Below are positions 45,775 through 59,194 of a stretch of DNA of 64,000 nucleotides, piece after piece. Numbering within the stretch: the first letter of the stretch is position 1; the number at the start of each line of letters is the position of its first letter. This DNA comes from Eledone cirrhosa. Taxonomy: Eukaryota. The position numbers and the translations under genes are program-made. The stretch lies in contig CAXHJY010000821.1 of assembly GCA_964016885.1 (NCBI GenBank), forward strand, positions 1-64,000, given 5' to 3'. The notes under the pieces are model-generated. The model was not told the origin of the DNA. It was given only the letters and a program-made list of their open reading frames with translations, and did not search any database.

Positions 45775-48700
45775 TTAAAGTACGATATTGTATATAATGT
45801 TACTCTATTGAACTAATTATAATTAATATGAAAGTTACCATTATTTGTGAAGGGGTAAGGATACTTCATATTCTGCATTAAAAAAAAAATCTTGTATTAA
45901 GTACATTATTGATGGGGACAAATTTTCCTATTTTGGAATGCTATAAAATCATTATCAAACATGTGACAGGTAATAATAAAATATGAGAATGATGAGTACA
46001 CCTGTACTGGTTAAACCACCACTATACATAGAAAGGAAAGAAAGAACATTTTGAAACATTAACCCTTTTGATTGCAACCTTCCCAAAACCACTATAAAGG
46101 GGTTCCTATTTAAATATAAACCTTCTAACTTAATTTCATATAGGTACCTTTTGTTAAATAATGTTACAATTACCATCTTAGTAATGAAATAATATTTTAA
46201 ATAAATCTATCCAAATATTTCATTAATTATTTAAGAAAGAAAGATAAACAATGTCCCAGACCTTGTTCGCTTACTGAGTGAGGTGAAACTCATCAGATTG
46301 AACCAAGGAAACAATGTTTCCATTAGTCTTTCTACTGCCGATACTATCTACTTGTTGCAACTCTTGGCAGAAGGAGTAACATGAAATAAGTGTCTTGCTC
46401 AAAGACAACACATCGGCCAGTAGGGAATCAAACTCACAACCATATGGTTGTGAATCAAACTCTCAAACCACTAAGTCATACACTTTCACTAAAATACAGT
46501 ATACTTCATCAGGAATATGGCCACAATAATAAGATAATCAATTCTAGTTACATTATAAAATCAAGTACAAAAATTAAACAAATTCTAGATATGCAAAATA
46601 CCTCAATGAAACCAGTTAAATTCAGTAAAAAATACCTACTCTTACTTCCCTTGAACTGACCAAATATTGAAAGAATAAACAAGAAATCAAGAGAAATGGA
46701 TAGTGAATCATTCATTTTGAGATATAATCATCAGCAGGTGTCATATTTCTGGCTGTGTACATACTGCCAGATCTGCAGCATAGATGGACGTTTTGAGAAA
46801 TCTCTGATTTTTTAAAGGAATTTAACAATAAAAAAAATGTATAATCTTGCTATCAGACATTTAACAATACATAATAATATCACAAATTGTTTGATAATTT
46901 TAAGGTGTCCACAGGGAAATCTAATTGGTATATAGAGATGGCACTATATGTAAGCTTGTATCATAAATGCTTTGTATTTCAGTCTAGTACACCCTGTAAA
47001 GTTGTTGGGGTTAGGAAGAGTTTCCAGATATAGAAACCATGCTAAAAGGGTTAAGAGAACACTCCAGTCCCAATATGGCAACATCTATTACTGGTGCCAC
47101 AAAAAATACACCTAGTAGACTCTGTAAGGTAGTTGGTGATAGGATGGCATATAACAGTAGAAACTATGCCAAAAAAAGGTCTTTGGAGTTGTGTCAAGGA
47201 CGTGACAAACTCTCTCGTGTTGGTGATCTACACAATAAATGCACCAGTGCAGACTACAATGTGGTTAGTGATGGGAAGAGCATCCACCTGTAAAAATCTT
47301 CTAAACAACGGGTTGAGAGGATTCATCAGTTGTGTCAAAGATATAAGAACTTCCCTAGTGCTGGTGCCATGATAGAGTGCAGGAATGTATGTAAGCAAAA
47401 AGCAGGACCCTGGCATTTCTGAGAGGTCAGTAGTAACTATAATTAAGTACTGACTTGGTCTGTGACAACCCGTCCAAACCTTGTCAGCAGTGAAAACAAA
47501 TGTTAAACGATATTGATGAGATGATGATGTCTAAATTTGGACTGCATTGACAGAGTTGTGTAGTTGGAGATAACAATAGGTCTTAGTTTAGAAAACAGGA
47601 AACTGTTCATTTGTAGTAGGCTAGCCTCAGATCTAGAAACAACACTTAGTTCTTGCCTACTTAATATTAGATTTACAGATGGCAGAATTAATAAGCATAT
47701 CCTACGTTAAGTAATGGTTATTGCTGAAAAACAGTGAAATTATTGTAAAATTAATTGTTTCTACTTTAGGCACAAGGCCAGCAATTACCCAGTGCATTAC
47801 TGGTACTTTATTTTATCGACCCCGTAAGGATGAAAGGCAAAGTCAACCTCGGCGGGATTTGAACTCAGATCGTAAAGGGACGTAACTATGCGGGAAAGCA
47901 TGGCGTCCGACACGCTACCGATACTGCCAATGAATCCATTGTATACTTAAAGCTTATGAGTTCAAGTATTCCAATGAGAAAAGTTTGCAAGGGGTAAACC
48001 CCACCAAACTAGTTTGTCCTGAGCATTGTAGAAGATAAGGCTTCAATGGCACTTCAAACTTCACTGAGCTGTCAAACGCACCATCAATCCCACTTATTCT
48101 TGAAGCTTTTGGTAATATCCACCTTATCATTATCATATTTCTAATGAAAGACGCTACCTGGTTTTCAAATAATTTTGAAAATAATCAAGGAATTTCAAGC
48201 TGGTGATTGGGACACAAAAGTTCTTACACAAAATTATGATGGAAAGTTTTTAGTTAAATATAAACACTTACTATTGTAAAACTAGGTATGATTTTAGAAA
48301 GTTTAGTATCAAAATTGCTAACTAAGATTATGCAGGTTAGTTTCTCCCATCCCCTTTAATTTAACTAAAACTCCCTTGCTGAATGCAATGAGCAAACTAC
48401 TCTCTATAACTATGTATAAACTATTACTGGTAAAGGGAAAGAGCCCTTAACTGCTGGTGGAGTGGTAGGGGTTCCGTCCTGGCACACGATGATGGGCATT
48501 TTAAGAACCCATCCCATCCTAGGATGGAACACAGCCAATTTCTTCCAGTAAAGTAGGAATAGGAAGTATTGAGCCTAAAATTGAGGATGAAAGTCAAAGC
48601 TGGCCTCTGTAGAATTTGAATTTAAAACACAGTAAGCTGGAACAAATGCTGAAACATTTTAATTCAACTACCTAATGACACTGCCAATTTGTCGCCTTGA

Positions 48701-50567
48701 ACTACTACTGAATACACTTGGTAATTATTTTAAAACCACCTAATTAATTTTAATCCAAGGGAATATATTTTAAAATTAAATTATACACTTTGTTTGATTT
48801 ACATCAAATTCTAAATTTAGTTGAATTAAACTGAAATATAAACTTGAATGAAACAAAAACTAATTTTAAAAGTTGCTAAGTACTTTACGCAAAACCAAAA
48901 TTCAACTAAGCATTGTACAATATCTAAATATATTTCCATATTTTTCATCATTTATTTACAACTATGTTTGAAATTTAATTAAATTAGCAATAATTTATTG
49001 CAAACAAGGAGTAAAGAAAGAAATCAGAGCAGAATAGATTAATGTGTAGAATCAGTTACAAAAATTGATTTAAAAAAAATAAAGAGGAGGAAATTATGCA
49101 GATCTAAACCCAAAGGAATTGAGATTCAACAGATAGAATAAATCTTGGATTATATATATTTTCATAAATATCATTTAAATTCACATTTAAATAGTGTTTA
49201 ATGTGAAAGTAGAACAGATTATATCTTTATGTATGTTAGAAACAACAATCATTGTTATAAAATATCATAAATTGTCTTTTCTGTTTAATTTAATCTAAGA
49301 GCTTGGTTTTTGTATAGAAAACTCAGACATTTTCAATATACAAAAGTATTATTTTGAAACCTTTCCAGGGCTAATTAAGTTTTAAAATCATTGAATTAGT
49401 AAACAAAAACAAATTAAACCTATCTTTTAGTCTAAGACTTACTATTTATTTCTGTGGGTCCAGTTTACAGAGCTCTAATAGATAAACAAATGATTACTAA
49501 GTGAACCTTTTAGAATTACATGAATCCATAGCAGACGGAAGAGAATTCACCCCAAGGATAGGTTACTAGTCTATTACAGAGAGCTTTCATCTGAGAGTGA
49601 ATGAGCATGACCCTGTGGACAAAGTGTTGGACACATGGCTAAGCTTGTGGATTTAATTCTTGGACTGAGTGGTGCATTGTATCCCTGAGTAAGACACTTT
49701 ATTTTCATGTTGCTCCAGTATATTCAATTGAAAAATGAGTACTAACTGCAACTGGAGGTTAACTCTAGAATGAACTGGTGTCTCATATAGCATGGAACCT
49801 GGTACTTTCAGTCATTAAAGGCCAATAAAACCAGGATAAACTCTGGCCTGATGAGCTTTTGCAATTAGGGCAGATTTTAATTTCTTTATCAGCTGCTCAG
49901 TATAACAAGCCAAAAATAAATATCTAACTTGATAAGTGTTGAATCTAACCTGCAGCAGTGAATTACACAACCTAGAGTATTAAGCGAGATACAAAATAAT
50001 GAAAAAGAGAGAAAGTGATAAAGAGAAGAATTAGAAGAAGTGACCTCAGTACTAGACTGGTACTTTATCAACTTTGAAAGGAAAAACAGGCAAAAGTAAC
50101 CAGTGGGATTTGAACTCAGAGTGCAATGAGCCAGAGTAAATATGATACTCTATCACTTTAATGCGATACTCTAACAAACCAGGCTTTTTCGCTACCTTGA
50201 TCCAGAATACTAAGAAGTTCAATTCAAAATATAATTCCAATTCAAATAAAAATAAAAAAACCCAAAAAACCTGCTTGCCTGCAAAATGCTTTTGAAGGTC
50301 ATAGGTCATTAAATAATACAAATTGTTTTCCATATCTCCATGCAGAGAGATATCCAATAAGTATGTGTAATATCTTTTAATCAATGAAATACATATTCAA
50401 AGTATATCTAAGTGGTTTTGCAAATTTCAAAACAGATGCTATTCTTATGGAGCAGTGCCAATCAAATATAGCAAATGAATTATTTTTGCCCCAGCAACAA
50501 CCTTTTCTAATTTTAGTCATATTGACCTTGTATATGATCTTGCTGTATCCAAATGAACAGTTATTTA

Positions 50568-50612
<45 letters not shown>

Positions 50613-51627
50613 ATGAGTATTCTTTTTTTGGTAAAGCTATATTTAAAAGTAAAAAATAAAAAAAAGCTAAAAGGTCCTTATCTCCCGATGGAGTCACAAA
50701 AGTGTCACACTGATACATGACATGTCTTGGGCCTTTTAGACCTGGCAGAGCCTATTTCTCTCTAAGTTAAAACGCAGTTGATTTCTTTAAGAAAAATATG
50801 AGGAGAGAGAGAGATGGGGGGAGGGGGGACTGCATTTTATCTTATTGTGGTTACACTAAGTTAAAATCTGTTTATTGTTCTCTACAAACATTCAAAGTTA
50901 TTTTCCAATTCTGACATTCTTTCTTAATAAGATAAACTGAATATCATCTCTAGCATTAACAACAATTTAGATTAAATTTCTAAATCTAAATAGACAAATA
51001 TGGATAAAATAAAAAAAAATGACAGACAAAATATAACAAATGACTTGATAGCTTGTAGGTATAGTAAGAGATTTTAGCATGTATATTCTTAATTATTTAA
51101 TGTTTTTTAATTAAAAATGGAACAATAATGTGACATTTTGCTAAGAGCAGTAAATATACTTAATTTACTCTGAAATATAATATTCAAATTTCATATATGC
51201 TAAGAGTCCATTTCATAATATGATCTAGATTTAAATTAAACATTTATACATGGTTGTACAGCTGTAAATGTATAGCAACAGTTAATACTTCTGAAATCAC
51301 AATAGTTGGATGAGACAATTTTTTAAATATCTTTTTTATTTAATGGTTATTCTGTGCATGACTTATCTTTCTCAGTATCAGTATAGAGGGCGGTGGATTG
51401 GCAGTATCGGTAGATGGTCGGACGCCATGCTTTTCAGCATAGTTACGTCCCTTTACGATCTGAGTTCAAATCCCGCCGAGGTTGACTTTGCCTTTCATCC
51501 TTACGGGGTCGATAAAATAAAGTACCAGTAATGCACTGGGCAATTGCTGGCCTTGTGCCTAAAGTAGAAACAATTATTGAAACAAGTATTTTATATATTT
51601 CCCCCCTATTGATTTACCTAAAACATT

Positions 51628-51711
<84 letters not shown>

Positions 51712-51762
51712 ATTAAGTCAAATATGTAAAATTTGGCTTTGTTTGTTATAAATTATAGATAT

Positions 51763-51817
51763 ACTGCTATATATATTTCGGTGACAGCCATCATTGGCTG
51801 TGACCTCTTCAGGCAGT
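51763..51817 (-). ncRNA. Complete type I hammerhead ribozyme
   Basis: Minus strand: ACTGC-CTGAAGA-GGTcACAGCCA atga TGGCTGTcACC-GAAA-TATATA-TA-GCAGT. All core nucleotides are canonical; predicted cut between 51768 and 51767. Confidence 0.9.
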
Positions 51818-51965
51818 CCGAATTGGTGTGGGAAAGACAGCTACACATGTTGTTGAAGTGTGTTTTACTCCGTCAATACATCGATATGTCCAGCTCCTGG
51901 TTGTGTTGTTATTCCTCTGAGGAACTGGAATCATATCATATGATTCCAGTTCCTCAGAAGAATAA

Positions 51966-54425
51966 CAAATTAAAGACAAACTAATAATTAAGCTATGGGG
52001 TAACACTAACAAAGTAATAGATTGGTTTAGCAAAATAGACAATAAGGAAACATCTGACTTCATACAGTTTGACATCAATGACTACTACTCCTCCATTTCC
52101 CCAGTCACCCTAAATAAGGCACTAACCTTTGCACAGAAAAACTCGGACCTATCCTCTGATGAAATTAGAATAATACTAGCTGCTAGAAGAACTATCATTA
52201 GGTTCGATAATAGTTACTGGGAAAGAAAAAAACAGATAGAATAGCTTCGATATCACTATGGGATCTAACGACTCGGTTCAAGTAACAGACATGGTTGGAA
52301 TATATATAGCGCGTAACTTACATAAGGAATTTAATAACCTCCAAGGAGGAATTTATAGAGATGATACACTCCTTTTAGCTAAAAACTTAAATAATCAAAA
52401 CTTGGAAAGATTACGTAAAAACATTAGAATCTTTTTCAATAAACTAGGCCTAGGCATCACTTTCGAACTTAATTCTAAAAAATCTAACTTCTTAGATATA
52501 ACACTCAACCTAAACACAGGACTAATAGAACCCTTCCATAAAAATAACGAAAATCTAGCTTACATTAAGTATAACTCAAATCACCCTCGCTCCATAACTA
52601 ACTCCATAGCACATAGTATATCCCTTAGAATTTCACGCTTATCTTCTAACCTAGATATTTTTAAATACTACAACATAGCTTTACTTAAGGCAGGCCACAA
52701 GGAGAGGCTCAAATACATACGGGATACAAACAACAACAACACACCTAACGACAACAACACCACCCACACCTATAGAAATAGCAAATATAGGACTAAACAT
52801 AGAAATAGACAACGAGCACCAGAAATAACTGAACTGAATACTAATATAAGGACCCCTAGGAACTATAGAAAATCCAGAGATAGGAAATACCTATGGTTCA
52901 ATCCAATATTTAACTCCTTTATATAAAAACCAAACTACCTTCTACATTCTTTAAACTAATTGACAAGCACTTCCCTAAACTTCACAAATACCATAACATC
53001 TTTAACAGAAAAACTATCAAACTGTCTTACTCTACTGCAGCCAATATAGAATCACACACACATAAGATTAACTATAGAAGAATCTCCAATGAAAATAACC
53101 TACAAACAAACACCATAACACCAAATACAAAACACAAACACATAACATCACAACTACACACACGTCAGAACGCATCACAACAAAACATCAACAAACCCAA
53201 ATCTCAGCCCATACATAACAACATACAAAACCGCAATGTAGAACCTGGACACAGGAAAGCCTCCAAATGTAACTGCCACTTACCAGATAAGTGCCCACTA
53301 CAAAATAGATGCCTGGAATCAAATATAGTGTACCTGTGTACTATAAATTTGGGCAAATTAGAATGGCACTACATAGGTTCTATGGCTGGGGAGTTAAAAA
53401 AAAGATGATACGTCCACAGACATTCTATGAAGAACTGTAGACTAGTGAACACAACAATGCTGGCTATTAAAATCTGGCAGCTTAAAGATACAAACCTAGA
53501 ATACAGGATTAGCTGGTCGAAATTATCGGGAGCAAAGGCCTACAGAAATGGAATGTCCCAGTGCGAACTTTGCAATATGGAGTTGTTCCATATTTTAAAG
53601 TATGACAAAATGCTGCTTAACAGCAAAATAGAACGATCAATTTTCTGTAGGCACAAAGCAGCTACTAAATTCGTAAATTTCAAACCAGCATGATTCGATC
53701 CAACAATCCCAATTCAAGCTGAACCACTTAGTTAATAATAGTGGGTTATTATAATAGACTCTGTCAATAGACCAACTAATCACTAAATCAACATCATAAC
53801 CTCCTAACCTTTCTTTCTTTCACTCTCTATCCCTAAAACTATTTCACCTCTTCCATTATATCCTATCATGATGATGATGTCCTCTTCACCTCTCACCTAA
53901 CTTCTAATTTATTAATTTATCTTTTTTATATTATCTTTCATTATATTCTTTTATCCTACTCTAACCCTCTGTGATTTAACCATTACATATGTATATATTT
54001 AATATTTTCATAATAGTATTTATACCCTCATCACATCTTTATACTTACACACCACTATAACTTTAACCACCAACACCACCACTATTTTCAACAATCATAT
54101 TAGGTTCATTTTATTCAGATATATATTTTTTTAACTTATTTTTATCATCTTCATTCTAACTTATTATTATTTATTATTTTCTTTTTCTCTTTTTCTTTAT
54201 TATTGATGTTGGAATTTGAATTCTCCTAGTATATTACAAATGTTGTGTGTAATTTTTGTCAGTTATTCTGATGATTTGATTAGTCATACATTTTATTTAA
54301 GATTAAGTGACACAACTTCAAGTGATTAGCGATCTTTAGACACCCTAATCAATGAAACTATTGTTAATACTGTAAATAAAACCCTTTTTCTACTGTTGAC
54401 CATGTTATTCTTCACTCTTTCATTA
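51966..54425 (+). mobile_element. 5'-truncated Penelope-like retroelement (RT + GIY-YIG; Hydra-clade-like), disrupted ORF
   Basis: WGNTNKVIDWF..FIQFDINDYYSSI..FDITMGSND..GIYRDD..NFLDITL..SNHP..WFNP..LIDKHFP..IFNRKTIKLSYS..CNCHLPDKCPL..NIVY..YIG..CELCNME..LNSKIE..CRHK. Stops and frameshifts; 3' UTR with a hammerhead; ends in a TA run. Confidence 0.92.
54260..54372 (+). ncRNA. Hammerhead ribozyme in the 3' pLTR of the Penelope-like element, with a large stem II insertion
   Basis: CAGtTATT-CTGATGA-T-TTGATTAG-(about 60 nt)-CTAATCAA-T-GAAA-C tatt G-TT-AATACTG. Confidence 0.75.
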
Positions 54426-56161
54426 TATATATATATAATTTGCTCTACTTTCAAAACATCAGTTGTGAGAATTCTATTTTTTTTTCACACAACACCGGTT
54501 GCCTGCTTCTGATAAGTGATGCTACATTCTTCAGGTGTTCAGATGTGCATGTAGATAGAGTTAAAAGATTGAAGAGATATTTTTGTAATTTCTTCGCAAT
54601 TCTTTCTTTGAATTTACTGTCCATATTATCACTGCCGCAATTGCCAGTAGTATAGTACTTAGCTTACAGACTTTATATACCAGTACAACCAGAACCATTC
54701 CCCACAGCCAACACATATAATTACACTACTATATATATTATATATATATATATATATATTGAGCTCATCCGCCTCTTCTGTGGGCTGCTAAAATCACTAG
54801 ATCAGGAGAGAGATAGAGTGTAGATATGTGGAAATATATATATATCATAAGGTGTCTTTGTTTTGCCCAGTTTATTTACATTATTGATTGTTTGAATACC
54901 CATACTGGTTTCTAAGAAACTAGTAAAGTTAGGAAACCATAACATTTTGCATCAATGATCAATAAGCTAAGGGAAAATAAATGTTTTCGTGTATCTTCAA
55001 ACAGTTGTCTTTTCAGCAAGTTAATTGACTATTAAATATATCATCCAGTTTTAACTGACATGCCATATGTTGACCAAGCTCTAGACTATTTGAAATATAT
55101 AATTGAATACATTAAATTAAAATGCAAAAGAAAGAGATTCACACACCCACAGGCACATAACACAAATAACCAATGCCTTGTGTGTGTGAAATATATTTGG
55201 CAGGAAGGAAAGGAAACAGTGCATTGGTCTGAGTTTGTGGTTCCATCTATCATTGTTGTTTATGTCCTATAACTTAGCAGTTTGATTAAATAGTAATTGA
55301 TGAAATAAGTACCAGACTTAAAAAATAAGTACTAGGTCAATATGATTGACCCTGTAAGAAAGAACCCAGCATGGCCACAATCAAATGACCGAAACCAGTA
55401 AAACAGAAAAAGAAAGAAAGAAATTATTATATCTCTAAATGTGAACAAACTGATTAAAGAATTCTATAGATAAGGGATAATAGAAGCTTGAAACAAAGTG
55501 CTGTGAAAAGTAATATAGTATGCTATATTATTTTATAATTGAAAAAGAGGCATAGAGAAAAATTGTGTGACAGAAATGGTGGAGAGATTTACACAGGTCT
55601 CAATATTTAACAAAAAACCAAAGCAAATTGCTATCTCAGAAAATTATCATATATTGATTAAGTTGGATAAAATAAAAAAATATCAAAGAATGCTATAACA
55701 ATACGTTTCCTGACTATAAAAAATACAAAACAATAAAAAAAGTAATTAAAACAAACAAAATTTACATATCACACTAATTTTGAACAATTTGAGGAATAAC
55801 TTTTGAAAAATAAAATGTTATCTTTTAACCAGCTATCTAGCTGGCCATGCTGGATTAATTAATAAGAAAAAATAATAAGAAAAAACTGTCAGCATATGCA
55901 AATTGATATTTAAGAACAAAAACAACCTATTCTAATATAACAACACAGAATAATAATATATTTTGCTGCATAATTCAGTGAGAATGATTTTAATTATAAA
56001 TCATATATATATGAAAGAGATAGATAGATAGATGGATATATATATAAAGTATGTTTCAAATCTAGAGCCAGAATAACTTAACTACAGCTTCACATTTAAA
56101 TATTTCAATCTATTATATAGTTGAGTAATGGTCTAACCACTATCAAATTGATTCCATCCCG

Positions 56162-56194
<33 letters not shown>

Positions 56195-56196
<2 letters not shown>

Positions 56197-56994
56197 CATC
56201 ATCATTTTACGTCCGCTTTTCCCTGCTTGCAAGGGTGGGACGGGTCTTATTCAGCACAGCATCTCTCCACTTGTCATGGTCCTTCGTCATCTCCACCGTG
56301 AGCTTCAGCAATCTGAGGTCTGTTCTCACCACCTCCCCCCATGTTTTTCGTGGTCTACCTCTACCATGACTTCCTTCAACTGGCATTTCCTGGCACTTCT
56401 TCACCCATCGGTCATCCCCCATGCGCATCACATGTCCATATCACCTCAGTCTCCTCTCTCACACACTACATTCTATCCCTTTCAGACACAGTTTCTCTCT
56501 CAACACATTCATGCTGGGTCGTTCACGCATATTGACATTGCACATCCAACGGAGGATGCTTGCCTCATTTCTCTCCAGCCGTCGCATATCCTCTGCAATT
56601 GCTGCCCATGTCTCACTACCATGCAGCATCACGCTCCTCACACAGGCATCATATAACCGGCCTTTCATACACAGGGAGAAACCCTTCTTTGTCCGCAGAG
56701 GAAGCAGATCCCTAAACTTCTTCCAGCCTGTCATTCTAGATACTATGGCCTCGGAGCACCCCCCTCCCATGATAATCTCATCTCCTAGGTACCGGAAGCT
56801 ATCCACCACTTCTATAGCACCCGCCTGCATTTGAAAAATGTGTCTATCAATGCGACTTCTACTGTCTAATTTCCCTGTACATCTACTGCATATGTATTTC
56901 TCCCTAGCTGTTAGTTTGCCCGTTATCCTGCTACATCTCTTGTGTATCCAGGATCTGCATTGTGTGCATTTTATAGAATTTATGCCAGTTCCTT
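56195..56994 (-). mobile_element. RTE LINE 3' portion with PHD-type finger and (GAT)n tail
   Basis: NSIKCTQCRSWIHKRC..YICSRC, then IEVVDSFRYLG..LHGSETW..RRLR*YGHV..GRGRPRKTW..REKRT*. Confidence 0.92.
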
Positions 56995-56999
56995 ATATA

Positions 57000-57036
<37 letters not shown>

Positions 57037-57045
57037 AAAAAAAAA

Positions 57046-57190
57046 TCCAGGACCCCGACAGCTGAGCTCCAGCTGTTTCAACAGCTAGATCCGTCGGGGG
57101 GGGCCTGAATTTTTTCATATTACCCACTCTTACTACCCCAAGTATCGAGTACTCTGGTGAGTCTAACTGGTTTTAACCACCTCCAATCTG
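57046..57190. mobile_element. Inverted-arm hammerhead-derived island (same family as 30416-30613 and 35417-35555)
   Basis: Minus arm CTAGCTGTT-GAAA-CAGCTG-gagct-CAGCTG-TC-GGGGTCCTGG; the plus arm starts at GTC-GGGG (57093) and continues to CTACCCCAAGTATCGAGTACTCTGGTGAG. Confidence 0.7.
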
Positions 57191-57869
57191 ATATATATAT
57201 ATATATATATACACACACATATATATATATTAATAAAGTATAATTGATAGAAGTACTAAGACACTGTTTGTCACTTGGGTAAAAAAAAATCCTGTAATAA
57301 AATGTTTTTAACAGGTAAAGACAAGTACATCTGCACAAACACATAGTTCTTGTATCTATAAGGCGTTTCAAAAAGTATGAATATCAGAAGCTCTGCTTTA
57401 TTCTAGACAAAGTGAATATATAAGCATGTGTGAACACAGCATCGCCAGTTAAGAAGTTTGTTTTAAAATTATTAGGTCCTGGTTTCAATCCCACTGCATG
57501 GCATCGTGAAGCAAGTGTCATTTGCAACAGCCCCGGGTTGACCTTGTGAGTGAATTTAGATAGACAGAAACCGTTTGGAAGCCCTTCAGATGGACTGTAC
57601 CTGTAATTCAAAGGATCAACCTTGTAACACACTGTGCCAAGCTGAGTCTCCCTAAGAATTACATAAAGGGTACACCTGTCTATGGAATGCTTGCTCAGCC
57701 AACATGCACCTTAATTTCTTGAGAAAGCCATTCCATTCATTAAACAATTGGAACATCTATTGTTGAAACCAACAAAGGACTATTTCTTCTATTCAAAATG
57801 TAAGTATAGGAAAGTGATGCACGGAAATTAAGGCAATATATAAAGACTGAAAAATTCAAAACACACGTG

Positions 57870-57879
<10 letters not shown>

Positions 57880-57916
<37 letters not shown>

Positions 57917-58006
57917 CGGGCGAGAGAGAGCGAGAGAGCGGGCGAGAGAGAGAGCGAGAGAGCGGGCGAGAGCGAGGGCGAGAGCGCGGGCGAGAGCGAG
58001 AGCGAG
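57880..58006. repeat. (GA)n grading into (GAGAGC/GAGCGG)n microsatellite
   Basis: Directly visible. Confidence 0.95.
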
Positions 58007-58762
58007 GTATCTAATCAGTGAGAAGAATTTGCCCAATATCCAATTAAAGGTTATGCAAAATTCTTGAGTTCAACAAATGGGGCTTTCGAACCTTACTTTC
58101 TCACGAAGCCCTCATAATATTTTCCCCAAATCATGGAACCTATACCTTTATTTTATAGGCAACCCTTCACAACTAATCTTAATAAGACAGTGAATAAAAC
58201 AAATTTTGATTTTAGTACGGAATATATTCATATACAAAAAAGATAAATGAAAGGTTACAATAAAACACGCACACACAGAGAGAGAGAGAGAGCGAGAGAG
58301 AGAGAGAGAGCGGCAGATCTTGTCAACTACAGTGTTGAAATATATTGAAGCAGACATATGTATAGAAATAACTTTTGAGAATATCATTAAAAAAATCTAA
58401 TAAAGTAGGCAAGCTATAAAAAAATATTGAGGAAAGTTTGTTATTCAAACAACAGCAGTTATTATACCTTATATATTGCTTAGTTAAGACATTAAAAGTA
58501 AAATAATTTTGCAATATTTGATCCTGAATCAGACAAATAATTCAGAGAGGTATTATTACTTTTGTGGATGGGGGAGAGAGAGAGAGAGAAAGCTATAAGT
58601 AGTCTATTTAGATGGGAAGGGAGAAAGATAGATAGAGAGTTGTGAAATGTCTATTTAAATGAGGGGGAGGAGCGAGAAAGAGAGAAAGTTGTGTTATATC
58701 TGTTCAGATGAAGGAGAGGAATGAATTATATATATCAATATATATATCAATATATATATCAA

Positions 58763-58811
<49 letters not shown>

Positions 58812-59160
58812 GAGAGAGAGAGAGAGAGAGTTGTGAGTAGTCTATTTAGATGACAGCTGTGTTGTAGATTGTTGTTAGAGTTTATAACTGTAGCACATGA
58901 CAAGATGTGTCAGTAGGGACAATCACATAGTAAGTGCACTGAACATAAATGGTTGCTTAATGAGACAAAGATGAAAAGTTCATTAGAGTAATAAGAGCAA
59001 CTGGTTAGAACAGAGACAAGTTTTCAATTGTAAAGTCTGCAGTTGATCAGTAAAAGTCTAGTTTAATATGGTGAGTTGCTTTCATCTGTATTTTGTACAT
59101 GAACTGAAGAAAATTGGTCAAAGTGTTGAGTAGAACTGTCTATGGAAATATATGTTTGTG

Positions 59161-59194
<34 letters not shown>

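Noticed and set aside
46252-46305. Minus-strand CTGATGA...GAAC..GTC
   Set aside because: GAAA is incomplete and the stems are weak.
53406-53408. In-frame TGA in the GIY-YIG domain as selenocysteine
   Set aside because: It falls in KR-x-Y-x-H, where Trp (TGG) is plausible, and the copy has other stops and frameshifts.
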